DNA of 64,000 nt from Bugula neritina. Its lineage: Eukaryota > Animalia > Bryozoa. The DNA is taken from assembly GCA_964035545.1 (NCBI GenBank), contig OZ037771.1, positions 186,001 to 250,000 of the forward strand. The letters run 5' to 3'. This document shows, piece by piece, positions 12,085 to 25,000 of this stretch; position 1 is the stretch's first letter, and the number at the start of each line of letters is the position of its first letter. The notes beneath the pieces were generated by a model. The model was not told where the DNA came from and made no database searches. It worked only from the letters and a program-made list of their open reading frames with translations. The translations under genes were made by a program, and so were the position numbers.

Positions 12085-12645
12085 TGGCTCTGTCCACACA
12101 CTAGTGGCTCTGTCCACAGACTAGTGGCTCTGTCCACACACTAGTGGCTCTGTCCACACACTAGTGGCTCTGTCCACAGACTAGTGGCTCTGTCCACAGA
12201 CTAGTGGCTCTATCCACACACTAGTGGCTCTGTCCACAGACTAGTGGCTCTGTACACACACTAGTGGCTCTGTACACACACTAGTGGCTCTGTCCACACA
12301 CTAGTGGCTCTGTCCACACACTAGTGGCTCTGTCCACACACTAGTGGCTCTGTCCACAGACTAGTGGCTCTGTCCACACACTAGTGGCTCTATCCACAGA
12401 CTAGTGGCTCTGTCCACAGACTAGTGGCTCTATCCACACACTAGTGGCTCTGTCCACAGACTAGTGGCTCTGTCCACACACTAGTGGCTCTGTCCACACA
12501 CTAGTGGCTCTGTCCACACACTAGTGGCTCTGTCCACAGACTAGTGGCTCTGTCCACACACTAGTGGCTCTATCCACAGACTAGTGGCTCTGTCCACAGA
12601 CTAGTGGCTCTATCCACACACTAGTGGCTCTGTCCACAGACTAGT
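12061..12645 (+). repeat. 20-bp 3'UTR minisatellite CTAGTGGCTCTGTCCACA(C/G)A derived from the last codons and stop
   Basis: Coding end CTCGTGGCTCTACCCACAGACTAG is the first, diverged copy; about 28 further copies. Confidence 0.95.
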
Positions 12646-13087
12646 AACGAGATAGAAGCTGCCAGACATTTACATTTCTAGGTTATATCCTGCAGTGCTA
12701 ATCATCTAATACTGTATTATACTGTTTAAATATTATTATCTCAAGTTTCAACACCTTTGACATAGCCCCACCAAGCTTTGCATATGATGATTTGTCACTA
12801 TTTATTGTTTTTTATTTTATAACATTTAAAATGTCAGTTGTAAATATTAGCATCTGCTTACGGCAATGTATGTATCTCATGGGCAAATAAATCCTGTTTG
12901 TAGACACTCTTACAGCTGCATGTTTACAAAACATTTTGAGTTATTTAACTAATGTGACCTCATAACATTGTTTTAAGACAACATTGTGTATTCCTTAATG
13001 TATTTCATAACGCAATCATCCACCAGTGTTTTTAGTCAGTTGTTGAAAAGATACGCACAGAACTATAACATGCAATGAACGGAAGTT

Positions 13088-16000
13088 ATGGGTTTACTGA
13101 ATATTTCACTGCTGTTTATATCACTATTCTCTCTTCTCTTTCACCCTGCTTTTCCTAGCAAGCGTAAGTATGTTTATCAACTGTGAGCAGATGTGTACCA
13201 CTTATCATGTCTTCTTTGTCTATTCGCCATAATCTCTTGGCCTTCAGAGGTATATTTCTAGTACACCTCATCAGACTGGTCCGGTACTAGTTTAATACAA
13301 GCCTGATACTCACATTCTGGCCAGTTCTCTTCTCACCTGTGAAGTTCAAGTTGTTACTCTAATGCAGGAAGTATTGGGTTGAACATTTCTTGTTTCATGA
13401 ATCTCTGTTGTAGGCCCAGTATGTTCACTGCAGGAGCTCTCCGAAGGCCTCGTACCATGCGGAATGAAAGCTGCTCAACCTTTCCTTAGATCTGTGCAAG
13501 ACGCGTGTAGGTCTTATTCAGCTTTCTACCTGTTCTCATTGGCTCATCAGTTACTAAAATCCATATTCAATATTGCTTGTGTGATTGAAAATTCATTTGT
13601 TGCAGTGCCTGAAGGGTGTCTGGTCGTAGCTGGGATGGATATACTTCAGTACTTCCTATTTGCCACTGGACACTCATCTCATATGATTTATATCGACTCT
13701 TCACTGAGAAAGGAGGTTGGGGAAAAAGTGGAACATCACTCTGCAGTTCTCAGTGCAGGTTGCTGGACTGTATTACTCTAACTATACAGTTGTCAACACA
13801 TTGTACTCTATACAGTTGTCAACACATTGTACTCTATACAGTTGTCAACACATTGTACTCTATACAGTTGTCAACACACTGTACTCTATACAGCTGTCAA
13901 CACATTGTACTCTATACAGTTGCCAACACATTGTAATCTACACAGTTGCCAACACATTGTAATCTACACAGTTGTCAACACACTCTGTTTTAGCGGTGGG
14001 TACGAGTCAGGTGGAATGGAGTCCTACGGCTCTTCTTCATTGGACAGAGATCACCTCTCGTTTGTCAGAGTTCTTGAAGAAAGATGTAGTAGATAGGACA
14101 GAGTTACATCGTCTCACAGAGAATAGCGCAGATGACCTTTATACTCTAAGGCTAATGTTGAATCAAATTGATGTGGAGTACTTGGTTAGAGAACTTTCAA
14201 AAACTCATTTCTACAATGGCACCACAGCTTTGAATATGGTAATACAGTACACTCTCATAGGGAGTTTAACTCCTCAAACTGTAATCATTTCATTGTTGGA
14301 CCGAGTTGACTTAGAGTCACACTGAGTAGAGAGTTACACTGAGTAGAGAGTTACACTGAGTAGAGAGTTACACTGAGTAGAGAGTCACACTGAGTAGAGA
14401 GTTACACTGAGTAGAGAGTTACACTGAGTAGAGAGTTACACTGAGTAGAGAGTTACACTGAGTAGAGAGTCACACTGAGTAGAGAGTTACACTGAGTAGA
14501 GAGTTACACTGAGTAGAGAGTTACACTGAGTAGAGAGTTACACTGAGTAGAGAGTTACACTGAGTAGAGAGTTACACTGGGTAGAGTGTTACACTGAGTA
14601 GAGAGTTACACTGAGTAGAGAGTTACACTGAGTAGAGTGTTACACTGGGTAGAGTGTTACACTGGGTAGAGTGTTACACTGAGTAGAGAGTTACGCTGAG
14701 TAGAGTGTTACACTGAGTAGAGTGTTACACTGGGTATTTGTCTACTGTTGTAGGAACTTGGATATAACATGTTTATGGCCGCAATGCAGAGTTTTTCTGA
14801 AATAGAAGTTGTTCTTGGATATCCATTGCAAGAGAGAAGTAAATCAAGTGATATGAAAGGGACATGGCCACCTCCACACTCTGGTGATATGAAAGGAACA
14901 TGGCCACCTCCACACTCTGGTGATATGAAAGGAACATGGCCACCTCCACACTCTGGTGATATGAAAGGAACATGGCCACCTCCACACTCTGGTGATATGA
15001 AAGGAACATGGCCACCTCCACACTCTGGTGATATGAAAGGAACATGGCCACCTCCACACTCTGGTGATATGGAGAATGATGAAGATGCTAATGATGGGAG
15101 GTAAGCTCTACATAATCTACCAACACTTCTTGTGACATTCTTATCACTCGTAAAAAACATCATACTTCTCTGTTAGTAAACTCACTATTATCCTTAATCT
15201 TTGACTCTACTCTGCTCTTACTAATGCCAAATAGCTTTCAACTGTTAATTATTTTCATTACTTCTCAATTGTCAGCGTTGTCACATGTTTGTTTTAGTGT
15301 AGTAGAATGTTTGACACAACGCAGCAAGCTTCTCCTCTCTCTTGCAAAGTTCCAGCCTTCTAATGGCTCCACAAGTTTATTCTGTTCAAATATATCAGAC
15401 TTGATAAACACGAGTAGACAGTTAACCCACCAAGAAACCCTCGCAGTGTGTGAGAAGCTGTTGCTGAAGCGCCACTATTTTCTGAAAAATAAAGCCTTGA
15501 AACAAGTTCTGGGAATTCTACGCCATGCTGGTATGTTGATCAAATGACAGCTTGCTGTATAATTTCTACTGAAACACTTAATAAAATAGTAATACTTATA
15601 TAGAGTGAACATGTATAGTATAGTGAGCAGCCTTAGTATATACTGTAGAGATTTGTTACACACATCTCTGTATGTTCAATCAATATCATGTTTTACTGCA
15701 ATCAAAGAAATAACTCGTTTTATAGACTGAATTTTCACTAAATAATCAAAGATATACTGAGCAATCAATTTTAAGGAAATAATTTAGTTTTATTTTATGG
15801 AATTTCTTTAGAATCTATGGCTTTGTCGATCAACACTGAAGATCCAAATGAGAGACAACTACGTGAGGATTTCCTGGTGGCAAGTGGTGACTTACTCCAG
15901 TATGTGTATGTATTGCACCATTATCTGTACACACTAGAAGACATTCCTGAGCAAGAAACAACCTCTCCTTTCTTACACCCTTCTACAGTATACTATTCTC

Positions 16001-19000
16001 GACCACCCCCTTCACTTTCCACCCCTGCACCTCCTCCTTCACCCCCTTCACCTCACACCTCTCTAACCTATCTCCAGCTGGAAGAGTTGAAAGGTTGGCT
16101 GGAGATTCTACGAGGTCTGGTCAAAGGTCAGTCTACTCTCTTTCTCTATCTGCTCTTTCACCTATTCCCTTGTGTGTCTGTTAGTTTAGGTCATCATATC
16201 TGGTAGTATAGAGTACAGTTCACATTGCTCTATATCTGGTAGCATACAGTTCACATTGCTCTATATCTAGTAGTATACAGTTCACATTGCTCTATATCTG
16301 GTAGCATACAATTCACATTGCTCTATATCTGGTAGCATACAATTCACATTGCTCTATATCTGGTAGTATACAGGACAGTTCTCTCAGACTTTGCGCATTG
16401 CTTTAAGCAACAAGTTGTTTCTAGAGCGTATGTATCTCTACCATGAGTATGATGTGTCTCTACCGTGAGTATGATGTGTCTCTACCATGAGTATGATGTG
16501 TCTCTACCATGAGTATGGTGTGTCTCTACCATGAGTATGATGTGTCTCTACCGTGAGTATGGTGTGTCTCTACCATGAGTATGATGTGTCTCTACCGTGA
16601 GTATGGTGTGTCTCTACCATGAGTATGGTGTGTCTCTACCGTGAGTATGATGTGTCTCTACCATGAGTATGATGTGTCTCTACCATGAGTATGATGTGTC
16701 TCTACCATGAGTATGGTGTGTCTCTACCATGAGTATGATGTGTCTCTACCGTGAGTATGATGTGTCTCTACCATGAGTATGATGTGTCTCTACCGTGAGT
16801 ATGATGTGTCTCTACCGTGAGTATGGTGTGTCTCTACCATGAGTATGATGTGTCTCTACCATGAGTATGGTGTGTCTCTACCATGAGTATGGTGTGTCTC
16901 TACCATGAGTATGATGTGTCTCTACCATGAGTATGGTGTGTCTCTACCATGAGTATGATGTGTCTCTACCGTGAGTATGGTGTGTCTCTACCATGAGTAT
17001 GATGTGTCTCTACCGTGAGTATGGTGTGTCTCTACCATGAGTATGATGTGTCTCTACCATGAGTATGGTGTGTCTCTACCGTGAGTATGATGTGTCTCTA
17101 CCATGAGTATGGTGTGTCTCTACCGTGAGTATGATGTGTCTCTACCGTGAGTATGATGTGTCTCTACCATGAGTATGATGTGTTACAGAACCTGGTGGTA
17201 ATATACAAGGAAACAGTTCTGTGTGCTCAGACAATGGTGACTGGCGGTTAAATGCTTTCTCCAGAATGGTGGATGTACTGAGACTTGCTAAGGAGCTGCT
17301 AAAGTCAAACGTCACAGACTCAGACATGTTTAGAAGGCTGGAGCACCAGACAAGTGAACTCCTCCTTCGAATAGTTCAGGCATCTGTTGTTAGCGGTGGA
17401 ACCGCATACAGTGGTGGGTATAGCAGTGTAGAGTGTATATATAGTACAGTGTATACAGTATATACAGTATAGCAGTGTAGAGTGTATATATAGTACAGTG
17501 TGTATACAGTATAGCAGTGTAGAGTGTATATATAGTACAGTATATACAGTATAGCAGTGTACAGTGTATATATAGTACAGTGTATATACTATGTAGTACA
17601 GTGTATACAGTATATACAGTATAGCAGTGTAGAGTGTATATATAGTACAGTGTATATATAGTACAGTGTATACAGTACAATGTATACAGTATATACATCT
17701 GTTACTCTGTAGGTAAGCTCAGTTACTGCATACAGTTTGAGAATAAAGTGGAGAAAGCCTACTACCAGAAAGTTCAGCTTTTCGCCCAGGAGATGACAAA
17801 CTGGATGAAGGCTGTGAGATGGAGACACGGCTGCCCTGCTGAGTTCCTTGTTGAGTTTTCCGCCCCTGTGCGGGAATCCCTCCAGCAGCTGGCAGATGTG
17901 CTGAGTGACCAATGGGGCCTCAGTTAGTATTATAATTTGACACAATGTGTTCTAGCGCTTGTTGATATATGCTAGTATGTGCTACTGTATGCTAGTGTAT
18001 GATACTGTATGCTACTGTATGATACTGTGTGATACTGTATGATACTGTATGCTACTGTATGATACTGTGTGATACTGTATGATACTGTATGCTACTGTAT
18101 GCTACCATATGATACTGTATGCTACTGTATGCTACCGTATGCTACCGTATGCTACTGTATGATACTGTATGATACTGTGTGCTACTGTATGATACTGTAT
18201 GATACTGTGTGCTACTGTATGTTGATATACCTACTGTATGCCATCACATACTTGTACTTTTAGTTAGTAAGATGAAGTTTGACTGGAGTCATGGACCACA
18301 TAAGATTGTGCATAAAGGCCTGCGAGCTGTGAATGAGATGCTAGCTGAGGGTGTCATACCAGCCTGTCTAGTCATCTCTAAATTACTCAATTCTAAGGAA
18401 GCGCTGGCCCGGGCGACACTGCAGCTGCACACTCCCACCTTCCAGGATTTGCTCAAGGATCGGAAACCAGAAAAGCACGAAAAGAAGCGTCTACCAGGTT
18501 TGTGTTGTTACACCCTTTTCCTGTAATCACCTTGTCATTGATAAGTATGTATAGAGTGAGCAGCTTGTGAATAAATATATTAGAACCAAGTCTCTTAATA
18601 ATAAGACGACTGACATGATAGTCAAGGGGTCTAATTAAGGGTTGGTTTCTGCATCTTATAGATCATTGCAAGCTGAAAGCTGAAAAAGGTCCGTGTGAAC
18701 AGCAGCTGGAAAGGTGGTATTTCCACAACACTACTCGACTGTGCCTACCATTTATATATGGTGGCTGCAGAGGCAACCATAACAATTTCAACACTGAAAC
18801 TGAATGCAATCAAGAATGTGGCCAACCTGTTCATCCTCAACCTTCAAAGATGAAATATTTTCTCACAAGTTTTGCATCTTTTTTATCTGAATTGGCCCAT
18901 ATTGACAAGTTGCTGAATCTCACTCCAATAAACTATTCTGATGCGATTGAAAGTCTCCAGACTGTAAAACCTCTTGACAAGACACGAGTTCGTCGTTCTG

Positions 19001-22000
19001 TCACCGGGACTCCTATCAGTAATGAAAGCATCACTGGTGACACAGTCGGACTCACTACTCAGTCACTGTCATCCTCTACTCCTGAAATAACTGCTTCACT
19101 TTCTACTAGTGACACATTTGAACTCACTACTCAGTCACTTTCATCTTCTACTCCTGAATTAACTGGTTCACTTCCTGCTAGTACATCAGCTAGTGACACA
19201 GTTGGACTCACTACTCAGTCACTGTCATCCTCTACTCCTGAATTAACTGCTTCACTTCCTGCTAGTACATCAGCTAGTGACACAGTTGGACTCACTACTC
19301 AGTCACTGTCATCCTCTACTCCTGAATTAACTGCTTCACTTCCTGCTAGTACATCAGCTAGTGACACAGTTGGACTCTTTACTCAATCACTGTCATCTTC
19401 TACTCCTGAATTAACTGCTTCACTTTCAGCTAGTGGCACAGTTGGACTCTTTACTCAGTCACTGTCATCCTCTACTCCTGAATTAACTGGTTCACTTCCT
19501 GCTAGTACATCAGCTAGTGACACAGTTGGACTCACTACTCAGTCACTGTCATCCTCTACTCCTGAATTAACTGCTTCACTTCCTGCTAGTACATCAGCTA
19601 GTGACACAGTTGGACTCTTTACTCAATCACTGTCATCTTCTACTCCTGAATTAACTGCTTCACTTTCTGCTAGTGACACAGTTGGACTCTCTACTCAGTC
19701 ACTGTCATCCTCTGCTCCTGAATTAACTGCTTCACTTTCTGCTAGTACATCAGCTAGTGACACAGTTGAACTCCCTACTCAGTCACTCTCATCTTCTACT
19801 CCTGAATTAACTGTTTCACTTTCTGCTAGTGACACAGTTGAACTCCCTACTCAGTCACTGTCATCTTCTACTCCTGAATTAACTGCTTCACTTTCTGCTA
19901 GTACATCAGCTAGTGACACAGTTGAACTCCCTACTCAGTCACTGTCATCCTCTACTCCTGAAATAACTGCTTCACTTTCTGCTAGTGACACAGTTGAACT
20001 CCCTACTCAGTCACTGTCATCTTCTACTCCTGAATTAACTGCTTCACTTTCTGCTAGTGACACAGTTGGACTCACTACTCAGTCACTGTCATCCTCTACT
20101 CCTGAATTAACTGCTTCACTTTCTGTTAGTACATCAGCTAGTGACACAGTTGGACTCACTACTCAGTCACTGTCATCCTCTACTCCTGAATTAACTGCTT
20201 CACTTTCTGCTAGTACATCAGCTAGTGACATAGTTGGACTCACTACTCAGTCACTGTCATCCTCTACTCCTGAAACAACTGCTTCACTTTCTGCTAGTAC
20301 ATCAGCTAGTGACACAGTTGAACTCACTACTCAGTCACTGTCATCGTCTACTCCTGAATTAACTGCTTCACTTTCAGCTAGTGACACAGCTGAGCTCCCT
20401 ACTCAGTCACTGTCATCTTCTACTCCTGAATTAACTGCTTCACTTTCAGCTAGTGACACAGCTGAGCTCCCTACTCAGTCACTGTCATCCTCTACTCCTG
20501 AATTAACTGCTTCACTTCCTGCAAGTACATCAGCTAGTGACACAGTCGGACTCACTACTCAGTCACTGTCATCCTCTACTCCTGAATTAACTGTTTCACT
20601 TTCTGCTAGTGACACAGTTGAACTCACTACTCAGTCACTGTCATCTTCTACTCCTGAATTAACTGCTTCACTTTCTGCTAGTACATCAGCTAGTGACACA
20701 GTTGGACTCTTTACTCAGTCACTGTCATCCTCTACTCCTGAATTAACTGTTTCACTTTCTGCTAGTGACACAGTTGAACTCACTACTCAGTCACTGTCAC
20801 CCTCTACTCCTGAATTAACTGCTTCACTTTCTGCTAGTGACACAGCTGAACTCCCTACTCAGTCACTGTCATCTTCTACTCCTGAATTAACTGCTTCACT
20901 TTCTGCTAGTGACACAGTTGAACTCACTACTCAGTCACTGTCACCCTCTACTCCTGAATTAACTGCTTCACTTTCTGCTAGTACATCAGCTAGTGACACA
21001 GCTGAACTCCTTACTCAGTCACTGTCATCTTCTACTCCTGAATTAACTGCTTCACTTTCTGTTAGTGACACAGTTGGACTCACTACTCAGTCACTGTCAT
21101 CTTCTACTCCTGAATTAACTGCTTCACTTTCTGCTAGTGACACAGTTGGACTCACTACTCAACCATTACATTCCTTTGAAACAAATAAGGCTTCTGGCAA
21201 CCAGCAGTCATATCCTAGCTTCTTTCCAGCCAGTTCAACTGAAATGGCTCCAACACTCACTCATTCTAGTAGTTTTGACGCGATGGCTAGAGACATTATG
21301 TCAACTAAAGAGTTGACAATGATTGATACGCATTCACCGAGTACACTGGTACCCCAAACTCTTGCACAGGAAGTTTCTGCAGATTCTACTTTTCCACGCT
21401 CTCCTTCAACCCTGAGTTACACAGAAGAAGTGGACACTAATCCTGTCAGTACTTATTCGTACGCAGATGCTCTTACACCAAATGCTTCCTCTACTATCAC
21501 TAGAAATATAAAGATATTGTCCTCAGGAAACCCAAGTACTAGTCCATCAGTTGAATCTCAGTCAACTGAATCAGTCACTCATCAACAGCTGAATGCATCT
21601 CTTGCTCCGCTCTGCACCAACTCTTCTGGTGAAGGTGTTGTATGTACAACATATGCAGGTACATTGATTTCAAATGTATCAACATCCCATTTAACTTATT
21701 CATCTCATGTGACTGCATCATCATAACTCTATTGCATATTTGTTCACAGATTTGCCTCCCCCTGTCTCTGAGACCCAACCTTTCCTCGAAATTAACAGGT
21801 ATATGCATTTTGTCTGAAAACTGTGTTTGTGATGGGAATTATTGGGTGTTTACAAACACTGTTTAGGAATACACTAATCATCTTTTTTAGACTAATGTCG
21901 TCCATAATCAAACGAAGCCTCGCAGTTATGTTCATTGTGAATACATCTGCCAATCCCAATGTGTCTCTGCTTTGCTCAGAACATCTGGCCATCTTCTATC

Positions 22001-25000
22001 TTGAAGCTAACCTCACAGCTTCTTCTGCTAGAGATCTCTGTTACAAGATGTTTGATATGAAGCAGAATCTCACCACGAATGAGAATCTCATAAACATCTC
22101 CAACATTGTTTCATCCTTTGGTTAGTTTGAGTTTTCTCTTATTGTGACTATATATATTTTGATTTCTTGTAGCATTTTTGCTTTACCTTTTTTTACAAGT
22201 ATATCATTATTTCCTATTGTTTTGCAGCTTCCTCCAGGTACATGATCAATGTGAATAACGTAGATGAACTCGCTCACAAGGAGGTACTGGCGTCTTTCAT
22301 AGCTAATCTCACCAACATTGTTGAAAATCTTAATGAAGTTTTGAAAGATGAAGTAGCGAAGGTTCAACGACACAGAGTATCAAAGCTGAGTTAGTTAACA
22401 GGTTGAATAGTTCTTATCCATATAGCGATTTTCATTTTACCACCATGTTCTCCTCACATTATCTGACTTTGTGTTGATTTGTAAGTTGAAGGGGGGGTTA
22501 GAGCTAAGAGGAAGGTTGAGCAGCCCCACAACAGCGATACCTTTTACTCGATCAAAAGGTTTATCCAGAGTGTAAAGTCAGCATTGGAGGGCCTCTTCTT
22601 CCGTCAGAGGTATCAGCGTCAGGTGAATTCATTTCCTCTCAGTCTCTCTGTAATATTTGTATTAGGGTCATTTTACTTATTTTAGTACACGTGCTGGAAA
22701 TCTCCAGTTTTTAGCTATTTTTCACAAATTAGCTGCTAATGAACAAGGGCTTTTTCCCAAAACTAGTAAAATATGAATGAATACACCTAAATAATCAAGG
22801 TTCTTCTTAATTTTGCTTGATTTTCCATGTTTTTCCCCCAATTATTCAGCTACTTTTGATTGCAGGGTGTTATGAAAAAAGCATAACTCTCCGAAATCAA
22901 AAGTGGCTGAATAATTAGAAAGAAAACATAAGTAAAATGACCCATTATAATATATTATACTGTAGGTAGTATACTATGATATATTAAACTGTAGGTAATA
23001 TACTATAATATATTATACTGTAGGTAGTATACTATGATCTATTATACTGTAGGTGGTATACTATGATATATTATACTGTAGGTAGTATACTATGATATAT
23101 TATACTGTAGGTGGTATACTATGATATATTACACTGTAGGTAGTATACTATGATATATTACACTGTAGGTAGTATACTATGATATATTATACTGTAGGTA
23201 ATATACTATAATATATTATACTGTAGGTAGTATACTATGATATATTATACTGTAGGTAGTATACTATGATATATTATACTGTAGGTAGTATATTATGATA
23301 TATTATACTGTAGTAGTATACTATGATATATTATACTGTAGGTAGTATACTATGATATATTATACTGTAGGTAGTATACTATGATATATTATACTGTAGG
23401 TAGTATACTATGATATATTATACTGTAGGTAGTATACTATGATATATTATACTGTAGGTAGTATAATTATTATGATATATTATACTGTAGTAGTATACTA
23501 TGATATATTATACTGTAGGTGGTATACTATGATATATTATACTGTAGGTGGTATAGTATATAATATATTATACTGTAGGTGGTATAGTATATAATATATT
23601 ATACTGTAGGTGGTATAGTATATAATATATTATCCTGTAGGTGGTATACTATATAATATATTATACTGTAGGTGGTATACTATATAATATATTATATATT
23701 GTATCTACCTTTTAGGCTGAGGAAGCTTCAGATGGCTTGTTTGATGGAATAATCAATGGTATGCCTCATTAGTTTTTTTATCTGGTCCATTTATATTCAA
23801 AATTTATTCTAAATATGCTATTACTGAGGTACACTGATATTCAATAAGTGTAGCATTACTGAGGTACACTGTCATACAATGAGTGTAGTATTACTGAGGT
23901 ACACTGAAGTGATATATAATATAAATGCTATTCTTACAGCTGACAAATGCGGAACTCTCTCTAACTGGATGTCACCTCAGATGTTGAATTCTGTAAGTAT
24001 ATAGTGAGATGAGTATATCTACACTCTACTACACTCTACTATACTCTACTATACTCTACTATACTCTACTATACTCTACTATACTCTACTCTACTCTACT
24101 ACTACTCTACTCTACTATACTCTACTCTACTACTACTCTACTATACTCTACTATACTCTACTACACTCTACTATACTATACTACACTATACTACACTCTA
24201 CTATACTCTACTATACTCTACTATACTCTACTATACTCTACTCTACTATACTCTACTACTACTCTACTCTACTCTACTCTACTATACTCTACTACTACTC
24301 TAGGTACTCTCCATGGACCCAATGCTCATTTACTATAAGAATGCCTTTATGTTGCGCTGGGTGTTGAATGATGAGCCTATCCCAATGCTAAGAAATTTGG
24401 TCCTCCACCATCTTGGTAAAGACTGGCTGGATAAGAAACATTACGTATTCGGGCATGTGAAAAATGCCATCAATAAACATTGCAGGTAATGCCTATGTAC
24501 TGAATTATCTTGTGGTAATCCAGTAGGGCCGTGTATTCAGAACTGTGTGTTTGGAACTGTGCTGTGTTTACAGAGCCATGCACCAGCTGCACCCAGACAG
24601 CACATGTATGAAGCGAGGAGTGAGTCACATGCGGGGTTGTGCTGAGAAGTGGCCTCAACTCCGTCCTCATCTCACCAACTTTACGAGTCGCTACTGCAGC
24701 TCCTCCACACCTGATTCAGCAGTGCTGAAAGGTACTCACAACATACTTACTAGTATCTGAATATTGTCTAGACTTTCTTTATATGCAGTTTTGGATGAGA
24801 CAAGTAACAATCAGCTCCTACATTCTAGAGTTACGAGATAATTTCGCATCCATCACTAACATAGTGAGCTGTTTTCTCACCGACGGCCAGTTTGACTTCC
24901 TGTTTGAAAATGATCCTGATTTGGTGACAAAGCCGTTTAACGTCACTCTTCTCAGAGCTGTACACGAGTGTAAACTCTCCGAGGAGCTGAACGAGACCGC

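Noticed and set aside
18850-21726. Stand-alone 958-aa mucin gene starting MKYFLTSF
   Set aside because: The frame is open upstream through a Kunitz domain to an acceptor at 18661, so it is better explained as an internal exon.
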